Shown here one piece after another: positions 30,046 through 44,984 of a stretch of 64,000 nt of DNA (the stretch's first letter is position 1; every line of letters begins with the position of its first letter). This DNA is from the human T2T-CHM13v2.0 reference genome, Homo sapiens. Under the pieces are notes generated by a model. It saw only the letters and a program-made list of their open reading frames with translations. It searched no databases and was not told where the DNA came from. A program made the position numbers and the translations under genes. The DNA is taken from NCBI RefSeq assembly GCF_009914755.1, contig NC_060936.1. The stretch is one strand, 5' to 3'.

Positions 30046-33000
30046 ACAAACTGAATAATTTTCTTGCAAATATTTAATAGTAGATCTTAATCCAATGTGG
30101 CATATAGACATAGATTTTGGTTCAATTTTTTTTTCTGCTTACATGTCAATTGAATTTGTTGAATTTTGTCATCAGATGGGGGAAGTGAGTATATTTTTAG
30201 GCACGAAATGATATAACCATCACGTCTCAGCCAAACTGTTGATTTTCAACTTTAGAAAATTCCTAAATTCCTATATTCCTATTCCCTTTTGATAAAGATG
30301 GTGGAAAGCATCTTATTTCTGGAATGGGAAAAAGGTAAAAGAATAAGTTTTATCTTATTATTGTTTAAGATAGATATTGCAGTTCCTGGTTACTTAAGTG
30401 CTAAGTGTTTTTATGAAATTGCTATTCTTTAGCAGTTGTTTGCTCCACGTATTTTTAGAGCAGTAAAGTTTTTTATATTCATAGAATATGCCACATTTTT
30501 AGTTAAATGTGTTTTAACCATATTTAGTTAAACATCAGAAAGAGATTTATAGCAATGAAGTATCTTGTATTTATGCTTTATTGTTGTTGCTTCATAAAAG
30601 CTTCATTATGTTTCAAGAGATTAAAGTAATTTGAGTGAACACAGGGAATACAATATTTGATAAGAAATGATTAAGTAAGAGTTTTCCTAAAACTAAGTTT
30701 GGGATATATTCTTCTCTTATATATCTGAAAGCTGATTAGGAAATAAATAACTTCTTTTTTTCCTTGGCTGACAAAATATGTTAAGCTTTATCTCAGACCT
30801 GGACCTGCCTCCACGATCCTTCACTAGTCTACCAAATTGCTCAGTGAAACATCTTAAGTAGCTTTTGGAACATGATATTGCATAAGGAATCAATTAAGCA
30901 TGCAACAGCAATAGAAATTACTGGTCAAGTGTAAGATCAAATAAATTTCTCTGCCATTTCCAACGATATCAGTTAAAACAGAAGATAAAGTCCACATCAA
31001 CAGTTTCTTAAATGCTATAGACAAGGACGCACAAAAAGAAAGTAGGACACCACGTGGGCCGTGTTAAGAATTCCAAATTGTTCTTGACTACTGACCAGAG
31101 GTTATATGAGAAGTAATGCCTATGAGTCAAGTGAGTGAGAGTGAGATGAAACAGAAAACCTAGAGAGAAGCCATCTGTTTTCATTGAAAGAACAGCACCT
31201 CTCGTAAAGATTTTAAAATACATCATAAAAATACTATGAACCTGTAGCTATTGAAGAAAAATGAAACCTAATAATTTTCAAAACCCAAGTGCTTTTTTTC
31301 TTATGTTGTAATTATCCTAATTTCTCTTTGACATTTTCAGTTTGAACGAAAAATAATAGAATCAAGGAAGAATTTTGGCAAATCTAAGTTGCAGGTTTGA
31401 AAAAAAAAGAAGGCATTTTATTTTACTTAAATAAAATTTAGCAAAGTGAACCAGTTTTCCCCCAAACAATATGCTATATATCTAAAAAAAAAAACCCCTT
31501 GTTTTGATTATATGATTTTTTTTAAAAAAAATAAGCAGAATATTCCTGGTACTTCTGCATACTTTACTTTCTTAGCCCTACAAGTCTCTATCGTAATGCC
31601 ATTGCTATCTTTCTAAAATTGGTGACAACTTCAATTGACTATTTCTTGGACCATAATATCTTTGAGAACATGTTTTCTCTGGTGTCAAGGGATTTGTGAA
31701 GTGCAGAGCTTATACAAATAAATGAGGAATAGTCCAAATTTATTTTTGCTACTATTTTTGTCCAAATATTTCTTAAGATAATCATCTCTTTCCTCCATTC
31801 AGCCACCTTTTTGCAACAAACATTTTGAGATAAAAAAACTCATGAAATAAGGTATTTGTATACATAGTTTTTAAATATTTTATCAAATTTTGATGTTGCA
31901 AAATTACAGACCTTTGGTATTCCAAAACCCCACTGAGGGTCTCTCTTACTTCTTCATGAATCTATTCACTTAACAAATATATACGAAACACATGTAAAGT
32001 CATAACAAATTAGTAAGGAGTAAACATTGGACTGTATTAAATATGGTAAAAATTGAGTCAAAATACCATTGCATTTGAAGTTAACTTTCTCTTATTAATC
32101 TCTCAATGGTCTTGTTCCAGCCAGCCCCTCCCTAGACTTGCTGGTTTGGCAAGTGGTCATGCTGTGTATAATTTGTTCTGCAATACCTTTTGGTCTGTTC
32201 AAATCTTACCAACCATGTTTCAGTAGCTTAAGTCATCAGTTTGTGGTGAGGTCTTAATGAGTGACAGTGGCTTTCTCTGTTAAACTTGCATAAATAATAA
32301 ATACCAGCATTGCAAATTCAAATGCCCTCAAGGCCAGGCTCATCTAGTAGAAGTGTGAAACATCTGGTATGAGATAAAAGGGTCTGTGAGGAGTTGAGGG
32401 CAGCTGCGTTGAACCAGAGATCGTGTTTCTTGTAAAGAAGCATTAAAATTCAGTTTACAACAAAAATATCACTAATGCAAAGTAGGATATAACTTCAGCA
32501 GAAAGTCTGCCCTTTGGTCACCTGACAGGGAGTCCTGCTTTGTGCTTTTTAAACAGGGCACATTAATCTGGAAACTGATTATGGCATGAATGTTGCAAGA
32601 ACAGCACAGCACAGGGCATGAGTTTGGGACAGGTACCATGTTGTAATGTCTCTATCGCACCCTTAAACTTATCCATCCTGTAAAAGGTTGGTTCTCCCTT
32701 TTCTGTCCACTAAAATTCAGGGGGGACAAGGACTGTCTGCATGTTAATCATAGCTGATAAGAACAACCGGAATCTTTGTACTGCTTAGCACTAATTCCAC
32801 CCAAACATTTAAGGCTCAAGCAGGCAAAAAGCATTTTCATAATAACACTTACTGAAGTGTTAATTAAATGCTTGTTATAGTAGTCAGGTTAGCCCTTACC
32901 AGCATGGATTCAGAGAGACCTCAAGTTCATGCTGTATTTGTTGACTAACTTACTAGCTTTAGTTTCTCATCAGGAAAGTGTGTGCAGATGTGTACTTAAT

Positions 33001-33149
33001 ATGCATTGTGGAAATCTTAAATGAATACAAATATCATTAAGCTGTCAATATTTGTAAATCTCTTAAGCAGTTTATATATAGATTTAGGGAACAGAGCTTA
33101 TTGTTTAGTTGGGTGCTCTAATCAGTTTTTACCTGAATTTCATAAGGCT

Positions 33150-33305
33150 ATGATTCCCAAATTTGTCTGCATACTGGAATCACCTGGGAAGTTTCAAAGA
33201 CTACTGATGCCTGTGTCTCACTCTGGGATAGTGGTTTAACTTGTCTGCATGTAGTCTGGGTGTTGGAATGTTTAAGAGATTCCTAGAGATTCTAAAATGC
33301 AGAAA
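33150..33305. mobile_element. MER5-type hAT-Charlie element
   Basis: ctgcatactggaatcacctgggaag...ctgatgcctg...gattctaaaatgcag. Confidence 0.7.
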
Positions 33306-36300
33306 AATGCAGGGACTGTTTCTCTAAGGTGGTTCCAGGAAGTTTGGCATGGGAACATTTGGACATATTCTATGTCAAAATCAGATATTATGGGGTCATA
33401 CTTATCAGATATTAAGGTTGAAGAGAAACCAGGAGAAAGAATCTTTTGGTGCTGGAAGACTATACAACAAGCAGGCATGAGGGTAAGATGGATATGAAGA
33501 GGGTTGGCTTTCTTTTTGGGTTGCAGCACCCCAAGGGCCTGTACATTGCCACGAGGCAATATAAGTGCTCAGTAAATGTTACCTAGCCTCCAGAGTTAAG
33601 TCTAGAACTTGCTGTGGGATTCTTACAGAGCAACTTTGACTCTGGGTTCCTTTTGATGCTCACAGTGTATTCCCCTTTTCCCAAGGCTAGATTCTACCAT
33701 CCTTCATGGAAAACCTGACAGATGTTACTATGCCCAGGCTTTGGCTCAGATAATATTTAAGTTTTCCTCTCTCTAGTTATCAGGACAAGCACTGCCAGCC
33801 CACCGCTTTCAGTTCATAATATGAAGAACAATCCTTTTATAATTTTGCCTATTGCAATAAAGTGTCATCTACATAAACTTTCTTCTGATACCTGCCCACC
33901 AGCAAATGACCTGCTCCGCCAATTCTTCATGTGCTTTAATTTGATTCTTTACTTCTTATTAAACATTAGTAGGTATTGTTGCCATTTGCTCAGGGGGTGG
34001 CTTATTTTTAGTAATTATTACTTAGAGGATATGGCTGTGAACTGCTGTGAGATAAAAGATAAAGCATGTGGAATTATGACTGCTAATATTGTTAGTGTTA
34101 CTTAATTTAAAAAATTACAGTGTTTCATACATTAGAACATCTTAAAATATCGTTCTCAATTTGGATTTTCTGAATGAAGACTTTTTACTAATTTTAACAT
34201 CTTTTTATTGTTGCTCTAGTGTCATTTCCAAAGCTTAGCCAAACAGGAACTGATACCAAGACTGTATAATCACTATTTTACATAGCAGCCTTTTTAAAAA
34301 AATAATGAGGTCGGCTGTAAGTAGGTCACTCTGAATTATAAATATACCTGATGTTAGTGTTATGTCATTTTACAATTTTCTCTGCTTATAGAAATTAAAA
34401 TATGAATTATATGAATTATGTGATGAAAACACAATAAAAAGTTTGTGTTCTGTAAGGAATGCTTATATGTTAGGTATACTTTTCAAAAGATGGTAAGACA
34501 GTCTTGAGCAGGCAAATCATAGTCCCATTTATTAAAATAAGTGACTAAAAAGAAGTATTGAGGAATGAAAAACTTTAAAATATAATCTTGACTCAAAGTA
34601 GACAATTTGAGTTTTGCCATAAAACTTTGTCTCATAATTTTCCATCCTGATGAGTTCTGAGTTCTAAAGTCTATGAGTATTTGAGGCAAAAATTAGATAC
34701 TCATCCAAATAGTTTTCTTGTGTATACTTTTAGTCCTGCTTATTTTAGTAGAGTCCAAGTAGCAGATTTTATTAAAGTATGAATGCTATATTCTCTAAAA
34801 TGGATTATATGCAGAAAAACATGAAGGAAAGGGAGTTTGGGCCAGATATGTAATTCAGGAAGCAAATTTGGGAAGTAGCTGAGTAAAGATGGTATTTTCC
34901 TAGTCAGTGACAATTATCAGGACCTCTCCTCTGCGTTATGTTTCCACAACATTTCATTGACTTGTCTATAAAAGTAAAGCTTGGAGTCAATTCAGGTGTG
35001 ACAACAAAAGAATTCAATAGTAAACCCAGGGGAATCATAAAGGCAAGTGCAGATTTTAATTCGAAAGTTTTGACAAAACAGCTGCTCAAGGACAACAACT
35101 TTTGATGTGAAGTGGATCCTGACAGAAGCTCAGATCCCTGATATTTCAGTCCTGTTCCTTTGTCAACATAAAGGCGAGATAGTGTCTTATGGGATTAAGC
35201 AAACTCCATGGCTAAAAATATAGTTTGACATTTCTTGAAAGCACTTGACAAGACTCCACACAAAATTATATTAGTATTCTTTTCAGCTGAGAGACAATTT
35301 TTAAGGGAGTCTGAGTTCTATTATTCAAATTCAGATTTAATCTTTGGTTGCCATGGCATCTTAAAAAATTTAATCATATATTGTTGGAGTTTAAATGTTG
35401 GGTCTAGGGTGTTTTAGTACAGTTGGAAAATAACAAACTCTAGAAACATTATTGCAAAAATTAAATTGCATTTGGGAACTTTAAAAAAAAATAGCAGCCC
35501 TGAAAAAGTCAATTACAAAGATTTTACATAATAGGAATTCTACACAATAGGAAAGTGATTATTGACCATGTTGTCAGTGGCCATCAGTGTCTGCCCTGGT
35601 CTTTGGCATCCTTGCTGTGGTACAGCTGGCTGGCAGATTGTAGCTAATGTGCAAGTAGAGAAGAAAGGTGAGGAGGAGCAAGGGTTGCAGAATACAAGAC
35701 GCCAGCAGCCTCAGAGACTGGGGTGATGCATGTTTGATGTTTAGTGCTGGGAGGAAGAAATCTGCAGAGAATTTCTGTGGTACTGGGCTGATTGGAGATG
35801 GGGGCGGCAAATGGAAAATATTTTATGGGTAGGTAATTATATTGGTTCTGAGATAATATTTCAGCAGCAGAAATGGTGAATGGCAATCCTTAATCACCAA
35901 ATGTTGCAGCCATGGGAAGTGGAAGGCTGAGTTTGAAAGTGTTAAGTCTTCTTCAGATGGAATGTCTGTTACTGCCTTAAAATCTCTGTCTTCTTAGCAT
36001 TTCCTTTCCTTTGAAAAAACATTATTTGCCAGCTTGTTGGACTCTAGCTCTTGTTCTGTTTACCTACAGGGAAAACAGACTGCAGTGTCCAACAGCATTA
36101 TTTACTCTTTAAAGACTTTTTTTTTTAACCAAAAACTGCAGATGGTTTAGTTTTCTAAAACAAATGCAGAGGTGTGAATGGTTAATCAAGCTGAAACAAT
36201 TGCAGAGCTGTGCTTTTGAAAGCTTACCAAATGCCAGCCTCACTTTTGATGTTAGCATTTTTTTTCCTAAACAGTGTGTCCATAATTTCTAATGAAGGCT

Positions 36301-36980
36301 TTGCCCATTCATGCTTGAAATTCATGATAATAATGTGCAGCCAGATAATCACAAGATTTGGTGTCAAACTGTGGGGCATATAATTTCTGCGTGCCTGTGA
36401 ATTAGCACTGATACCCTAAACATAAGTATATTTATGGTTCTCCGTAAACATGCCATTAAAAGTTAAAATGCTGATAAAATTATTAATTACTTTGTAACTT
36501 TGTTGAAAACATCAGCAGAATGAACTTAATTCAGATGGTTCTTGATAATAATACTAAAAAATAATTTTAATAAAGAATCTAAGCTACCAGATGCCTGGTG
36601 AGAAACAAAGTGCTGGTGTGGAAATGACAGAGAAGGCACAGGAACAAATGTAGGCAATTTAAGATAATGCTCATCTCCACCCAGGTTCCTAGTTTCAAAT
36701 CAGAGAGAGGATGAAAGCACAAAGACCCTGGCCAAAGGAGGGCTCAGAGAGAAGTGGCAGATTGTAAATTAGCAGGACCCTGCTACTAGCCTGGAAAGCA
36801 ACATGACATTCCCTGAAGGTATTCCAAGGATAAAAATAAGTACCGAGAATGTGTAGATGTCCAATCCACAGAGAAAGGCTCATGTATTTGTAAGCTGCGT
36901 TAGCCCTTTTAGATCGCCAAGTCAATTCAGTGGTGTTATATTGAGCATCTAAATTATTTTGTTCATGCATTAAGTAAATT

Positions 36981-37024
36981 ACATACACATACACATATGT
37001 ATATATATATACACACACACATAT
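36981..37024 (+). repeat. Compound (CA)/(TA) microsatellite
   Basis: acatacacatacacatatgtatatatatatacacacacacatat. Confidence 0.8.
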
Positions 37025-37240
37025 AACTCACAGAAAAGTTAATATATATCCATATTTCTCTACCATTTTAAAAGATAAGTGACAAAAGGAAATTACTAGT
37101 TACAGTGCAGTACGATCCACCAATGAAGCTTATTTTCAGCAAGAATGCTATTTACTTTATTAAAAATTTGATTTGTATATAATTTTTCAGGAATGTAAGT
37201 ATTGAATAAGTTGGATTTCCTTATACAGTTTAAAAAATTA

Positions 37241-37529
37241 ACTGGGTGTGGTAACTCACACCTGTGATTTCATCACTTTGGGAGGCTGAGGTGGGAGGAT
37301 TGCTTGAAGCCAGGAGTTTGAAACCAGCCTCACAACATAGCAAGACACTGGCTCCACAAAAAATTTAAAATTAGCTGGGCTCTGTGGTGCATACCTGTAG
37401 TCCTAGCTACTAGGGAGGCTGAGGTGAGAGGATCGCTTGTGCCTAGGAGTTTGAGGCTGCAGTGAGCTATGGTTGGTCCACTGCATGCCAGCCTGGGCAA
37501 CATAGTGAGATCCTGTTTCTAAAAAAAGA
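37241..37529 (+). mobile_element. AluJ
   Basis: gggaggattgcttgaagccagg, aacatagcaagac, gaggctgcagtgagctatg (J-type). Confidence 0.9.
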
Positions 37530-37599
37530 AATTACCCTATCAATGCCTTGATCCGTGTTGATGATTTGAAATGAATTATTGTAGCTGCCATAGTAATTA

Positions 37600-38180
37600 C
37601 AATAGTAATATACAAAATTTGAATCCATGTGCTAAAGCCTGTTCTAAATGTTTTAAACCTATTGATTTATTTAGAGCCAAATGGTATTAGGTATATTATG
37701 ATTATTTCTATTTTATAGCTGAGGAAGTAGAGGCATTTTGAGTCAAGGTTACACAGCCACTAATTGGCTATAATCATGAAGTGCAGTGAGCACTGGGCAA
37801 TAGGGTTTTCAGGGATATTGAGTAACATCTCATTTATTTGACATCAAAATACATATTTCTCTTTACTCAATAGTTAACATAAACACAAATTAAACCCTGG
37901 AAGTTTGTGACTATAATTGTGTTTTGATGAAATTTTTCTGAAAATTTTTGCGTCTGTTCCTATCTTAATAAACAAAATTATAAAGATAACCTATCATATT
38001 AATAATGGAAAGAATGTTGAATTTGCATACAGTTGGGTTTAAATCTCAATTCTGATACTTAGTAATTGTATGACCTGGGTCTTAATTTCCTTATTGGTAA
38101 AGTGAACTGATCCCTACATCCTTGTAAGTCACTTAGCATGGAACTTATGTCATGATAGGCTCTCATAAATGCTAGCTATT
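37600..38180. mobile_element. Two MIR fragments (approx. 37600-37770 minus; 38005-38180 plus)
   Basis: tctattttatagctgaggaagtagaggc...caaggttacacagc; gggtttaaatctcaattctgatacttag...tgacctggg. Confidence 0.6.
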
Positions 38181-40929
38181 GCTATTAATTTTATTGCTCC
38201 TATTTCCTTAAAAGGAAAGTGAGGGACTAATGCTCACCTTATAAGAGTTTTGCTAATTAAACGAATGGAATTTATATATGCCATTTGTAAATGCATATGT
38301 GTGTGTGACATACCCTAGCACAGTTCTTAGTAATTATCATTCAGTAAGCATATAGAGTACATGAATTAATGCAGGCAGAGCACTTAGAATATGCCTGGCA
38401 TTTAGGAAGGACTTATCACATGTTGTCTGTTATTATTACCATATGATAATTTTGTTTTGGTATTTCAGTTGGTTGTCCTATTGTGCTTATTCCCTATTCT
38501 TGGTTTATGGTAGTGGCAAATTAATTAATTAATTAATTTTTATTACATGGATAGGTGTACCAAGTGACAAGTTGATACTGATCACAAAAATCCATAATTC
38601 AGGAAGGTGAGAATTATGTGGTGAGAGAGGTAGTGAGGTCAGATATATATGTTAGTTGAGGCATCTATGGAACATCAAGGTAGAGGAGTATGGTCAGCAA
38701 TCAGATACAGAAAATAAATTGGACTTTATGCAGTCATTTGGGAATCATCAGAATATGCCTGTTATTTGAAACTACTAAAGTGAGTTTAAAGAATGAGATG
38801 CCGTATGGAGCTCCAGAGAACGTGAACATTCTAGAGAACTCCCCAAAAATAAAGATGATGATATATATTTGGAGACATAGAAGAGAACCACAGCAACTTT
38901 GGGCACTGTATGTGGACAGAGAATTTGTGGTCCACCCCAGTCTTTAAATGCCTCTTCACTTCTACAACAGTTGACATAGTGTCCCTTCTTTAGGCCCTCA
39001 TGCAAAGTTTGGGGTGGGTGTCACTTCTTGGCCCCACTGTCTCAGCTTCCTCAATATTCTTCTGCATGAAACCATGCCCTCAGGGTGCATTTTCTCTCCC
39101 TCCACAGACAGAGCTGAATGGTGTTGGACAAAGTAACTCATCTCTGATCTTTTCCAGTAAAACTACTCCCTCATCTGTCACTCAGCCTGTCTCTTAGCCC
39201 TTCATGCTCTGACCTAATGCATATCCATTAACTGGCTGCTTGGGTTTTCTTGGTTTAGAAGCTTACATAGTCAAAACCTAACGCTTTTACAAAGAGTCAT
39301 TATATCTTGTCCTTTTTCTCCCTCTTCCTTCCAGATGTATCTGTTTACTGTAGCATTAAGACTGAATGAATGAATACATAAATAAGGTTGTAATAGTTAT
39401 GAGACTGAATGAATACTGATGATGCAGTGGCCTTTGCACTTGTTCTGTTGAAAATGTCTCTGATGTTGTCTTGCCTCCATTTCATAAAAGTAGACTAATA
39501 ACACATGTAGTTGTGTGACCTTTGGAGTAGGTATTGCATGATGACCTTTCTCAAAATTAATTATTAAATCAAAGATTTTTTAAAAATAGCCTTTTCAAGT
39601 GATTTTTGCTCCCTAGGAAAAATCCTAAGAGATGTGATCAGTGTATTTTGACTGGTCACCAACATTGGAAAAATGCATATGCAAAATTCCTACAACACTA
39701 ACAGGAAGATCAGGCCTTCTGGTCAGCCTCGGTTCTTCTGCCTCACTTAAGTGTCTGTTGAAGAGTCTTAAATAAGGGATTTGCCATTTGAAGAAATTGA
39801 GCTAGAAAACTTTAGAGATGACTTGCTGCAAAGCTTGCACATTCTTTGGTGGAAGAAAGAATGGTTTAGCAAATCCATAAGATTAGCATTTTAACAGGTA
39901 TTTCTAGGCACGAGCCACATTTAAGAAATAAGATTAAAATTCTTCAGTAGTGACTGCATTATTTTTAAATTGCCCACTGAGGCTTTTCAGACCTTCTTAA
40001 TACCTTTTGTCTACAAGATGATCTCGTGACATAACACTTAGGGACATGGAGAACTTTAAAATGCTGTAAAACCTGTTTTATTTTATTTTATTTTTCCAGA
40101 ACAAGTTCAACATTTATTTAGTAATAATATAAATTTTCTATCTTTAGCTAAGTCTGCATTTCTGAAATGATCTTTTATTGAAGGTATGAAAAGAATCAGG
40201 TGACAGACTTACCTAATGTTAACCAAACTTACCTAAGCATACTTTGCCTTAGAAGCAATAGGTAAGTGTGTGACACTTTGGAAAGCACTGTAATAAAGAT
40301 TTCTTTTAATCATCATCAGTTTTATTTATGGGACAAAAGAGAATTTGGCCTTGTTTCACTACAGCCAGAATGATGATTGGAAAAATTATTTCACTGAGTC
40401 TTCCTAGGATAAAAATGTGAACATCACCAAAATGTACTAATTTTAAGAGCATTGTTGGATTGCCATTGACTAGCCAGTGTCACAAATGTGACTTCTAAAA
40501 TATAACATCCTAGGTATCACCCTGGTTACTTTTTATATTTTAAGACAAACATTGAACCTGCTAATGGCATTTAGAGATTATTGAAGCCACTCATCATAAT
40601 ATGTCAGGTCAACTGGATTTTCCCAAAGTATTTTCTATTTTCATCTAGCATTGAGCCCTATATTGGCAAAACCTCTTTTTTCTCCCTTCCCAGATGAAAG
40701 GGATCCTAAAATAAATGGATTGGATCCAAGTGGATCCTGGGGGCCTGGTGCAGGAGCTAGGGTGGGATTGGGATTGGACAAAGCTTTCTCCATCCCCAGT
40801 GGTCTTGGAATGAGAAGACTATACCGTGGAATAAGAGAAACCCGAGAGACAGCATAAAGGGGTTGAGACATAAGCCAAAGTCAGAAAAACATACTTCTTT
40901 TTTTCTTCAATGAATTTATTAATATCTTA

Positions 40930-41252
40930 TTTTAAATTTATTTAAATAGTTTTTGGGGTAAAGTGGTTTTTGGTTACATGGATAAGTTCTTTAGTGGTGA
41001 TTTCTGGATTTTGGTGCACCCATCACCCAAGCAGTGTACACTGTACCCAATATGTAGTCTTTTATCCATCACCACCATCCCACCCCTTCCCCTGAGTCCC
41101 CAAAGTTCATTTTATCATTCTTATGCCTTTTCATCCTCATAACTTAGCCCCAACTTATAAGTGGTAACATATGATATTTGGTTTTCCATTCCTGAGTTAC
41201 TTCACTTAGTTTAATGGCCTCCAGCTCCATTTAAGTTGTTACAAAGGCCATT
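40930..41252 (-). mobile_element. L1PB-like 3' end
   Basis: tttggttacatggataagttctttagtggtgatttctg...ttttccattcctgagttacttcactta. Confidence 0.85.
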
Positions 41253-41502
41253 ACAGAAACTATACTTTCATGAGGGGCTGGAAAAAAAACCCTTGTAAAA
41301 GGCAACAGTATGGAAATACAGGAACATGAATTTTGAAATGAAAAGAATAGGCTATGAAGATTCTGTAAACTCTGGGATATAATAAGAGGATTTCTGAATT
41401 ATGGGGCTACAATCTTTGTCTTGATAGAGGGGGCAATTGAGGCAGAAGGTGTGAGCCTGTCAGTACTCTGAGAATCACTTAAACCATGATCTGGATGGTA
41501 TA

Positions 41503-41898
41503 TTTTGTATTGATATACAATATTTGTACATACTTATGGATACATGTGATATTTTGATACATGCATGCAACGTGTAATGATTAAATCAGGGTATTTAGGA
41601 TATCCAGCACCTCTAACATTTATCATTTCTTTGTGTTGGGAACAGCTCAAATCTTCTGTTCTGGCTATTTTGAAATATACAATATATTGTTAACTATAGT
41701 TACCTTACTGTTCTGTGAAACACTAGAACTTATTTCTTCTATCTGTACATTTGTACCCATTAACCAACCTCTCTCTGTCACTACCCCCCTGCCACCGCCT
41801 TCACCCCACACTCTTCTCAGCCTCTGGTAAGCATCATTCTACTCTCTACCTTCATGAGATCAACTTTTTTAGCTCCACATATGAGTGACAATATGGTG
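41503..41898 (-). mobile_element. L1MA (MA2-4-like) 3' end; non-inverted part of a 5'-inverted L1
   Basis: tacatgtgatattttgatacatgcat...tttagctccacatatgagtgacaat. Confidence 0.85.
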
Positions 41899-43031
41899 TG
41901 AACACACAAAAGTTTAAAAACTCACTGATTGAGCAGACACACAAATATCAAAGAGACAGGAATCAAATGTTACCACTACAGAAAACCACCAAATCACAAT
42001 AAGCAATGAGAGAAGGAAAGGAATAGATGATACATAAAACAACCAGAAAACAATTAACAAAATGATAGAAGTAAGACCTCACCTATCAGTAAACTTCAAT
42101 CTGTTTACAAAACAGATTAATTTCCCCACTTAAACGATATAGATTGGCTGAATGGATGAAAAAATAATAACATGACCAAACTATATGCAGCCTAAAGAAA
42201 TTTATTTCACCTGTAAAGACTCATATACACTGAAAGTGAAATGATGGAAAAAGATACTCCACACAAATGAAAACTAAACACTGACGGGAGTAGCTATACT
42301 TAGATAAAACAGACTTTAAGTCAAAAACAGTCAAAAAAGACATAGAAGGTCATTACATAATGATAAAGGGGTCAATTGAGCAAGAGGACTTAACAATTCT
42401 AATTACATATGCACCTAACACTGGAGCATCCAGATACATAAAGCAATTATTATTAGATATAAAGGGAGAGACAGGCTTCAATACAATAACAGTTGGGGAC
42501 TTTAACACCCCACTCTCAGCATTGGACAGATCATCTAGACAGAAAATCAACAAAGAAACATTGGATTTAAACTGCACTTTAGACCAAATGGACCTAACAG
42601 ACTTTTATGGAACATTTTATTCAACAGCTGCAGAATATACATTCTTCTCATCAGCACATGAAACATTCTCTATGATAGACCATATATTAGGCCACAAAAC
42701 AAGTCTCAACAAATTTTTAAAATTCGAAATCATGTCAACTATCTTCTTGGCTTGCAATGGAATAAAACTGGAAATCAATAACGTGAACTTTACAAACTGT
42801 ACAAATACAAGGAAAATAAAAGTGTGCTCCTGAATGACCATTGAGTTGAAGAAGAAATTAAGAAGGAAATAAAAATAGTTCTTGAAACAAATGAAAATGG
42901 AAACACAACATACCAAAACCTATGAGATACAGCAAAAGCAGTGCTAAGATGGAAGTTTGCAGCAATAAATACCTACGTCAAAAAAGTATAAAGATTTCAA
43001 ATAAACAGGCCAGTGACATCCTCTCAAGGAA
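41899..43031 (+). mobile_element. L1M inter-ORF plus ORF2 endonuclease segment (inverted part of the same insertion)
   Basis: ORF 42360-42833 (IKGSIEQEDLTIL..YAPNTGA..VGDFNTPLS..YTFFSSAH..IDHILGHK) is the L1 APE-like EN domain. TSD ctggatggtata at 41491-41502 and 43032-43043. Confidence 0.88.
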
Positions 43032-44104
43032 CTGGATGGTATAGCTTAGCCACACATGTTTAGTAGTGCTAACATCTTTAGTTGAGTTAATTAAAAAGGT
43101 GAATCTATAACAATGAATTTTGTTGGAGGGTATTAAAAATAGGTTTTGTGAAAGAAATGAAGTTTCACATTGTGTTTGGACCAAATATGCTAAAAAACAA
43201 CTTGATTTCCTTCATACAAACATTTTAGAGGGAGAGTCAGTATAAAAATTAAAAACGTTTGAAATTTCACATCAAGTTCAGTCTTTATGGGGTGAATTAC
43301 ACAAGATTGCTCTGTTTCTAAGTGGACAAATAAAATTTTCTAAAATAAACATGTTTTACTACTTAAATGATCATGCTGCTACAAGCCTTGCAGGAAAATG
43401 ATTATATTTATTAGTCCTCTAGTCAAACTCCTATCTATGTTCACATGAATTTAAGCATCCTGCAAAATCTTCTTCCTCTGTGAATGGATAAGAGCAATTT
43501 CAGCACAGAATTTTAAATTCTCCAAGTATTCCTGTCTCTGAAATTAGCCTCTCTACCCAAATTTACAAGGCTTGTTATCAAATATGAAAATATACCAGTC
43601 TCTCAAAATTTAAAACCTATAATTTTTGGTTCCACACTAGTATTGTATGTAGCTCAGTGTTATTCCTTAATAAATATTTGTTGAATGAACAAACTAATTT
43701 TGCAATAATTTGTCAAATGTGCTCTTTCTTAAAGGATTTCCAGTCTCTTGTGGGATTATTACATCTTTTTTCCACTTGAGTTTCACAGAAGTGTAGTATA
43801 CATGCACTAAGGTGGCCCCTAGAATATGTATTTTTTCCTGAAATTATATGCAATAAAACGTCCTCCATTCTACTTGAGCATAATTTGTTATATACCATAT
43901 TGAACGTCTCCACAGATGGTTTTGCTGTCAAATCCTTGAGTTTAAATGATTCTGAATGTATTGTAGTCCTGTTGGACATAGAGAGGTTGCCTTGCATTAA
44001 ATGCCTCCCAGGGATCAATATAATTATTCCAGTGCCCACTGCACTCCTTTTGCCCCAAGTTGAATACACTGGAGACTTGCAGTGTAGAAAGAACATAAGC
44101 TGTA

Positions 44105-44590
<486 letters not shown>

Positions 44591-44691
44591 CTACAAGAAG
44601 TTATTTACTCTCCTCTTGAAAATTCCATATAGTTCTGTTACTTCCTAAGTGCCCATATTCAGATAGGCCAAGTAGAAAAATCCTGGAATTT

Positions 44692-44984
44692 GGCCAGGCG
44701 CGGTGGCTCACGCCTGTAATCCCAGCACTTTGGGAGGCTGAGGTGGGCGGATCACAAGGTCAGGAGTTTGAGACCAGCCTGGCCAATATGGTGAAACCCC
44801 GTCTCTACTAAAAATACAAAAATTAGCTGGGTGTGGTGGTGCGTGCCTGTAGTCCCAGCTACTCGGGAGGCTGAGGCAGAAGAATCCTTGAACCCGGGAG
44901 GCGGAGGTTGCAGGGAGCTGAGATGGCGCTACTGGACTCCAGCCTGAGCAACAGAGTGAGACCCCATCTCAAAAAAAAAAAAAG
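44692..44984 (+). mobile_element. AluSg-like
   Basis: gatcacaaggtcaggagtttgagaccagcc. Flanks share agaaaaatcctgga. Confidence 0.93.
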
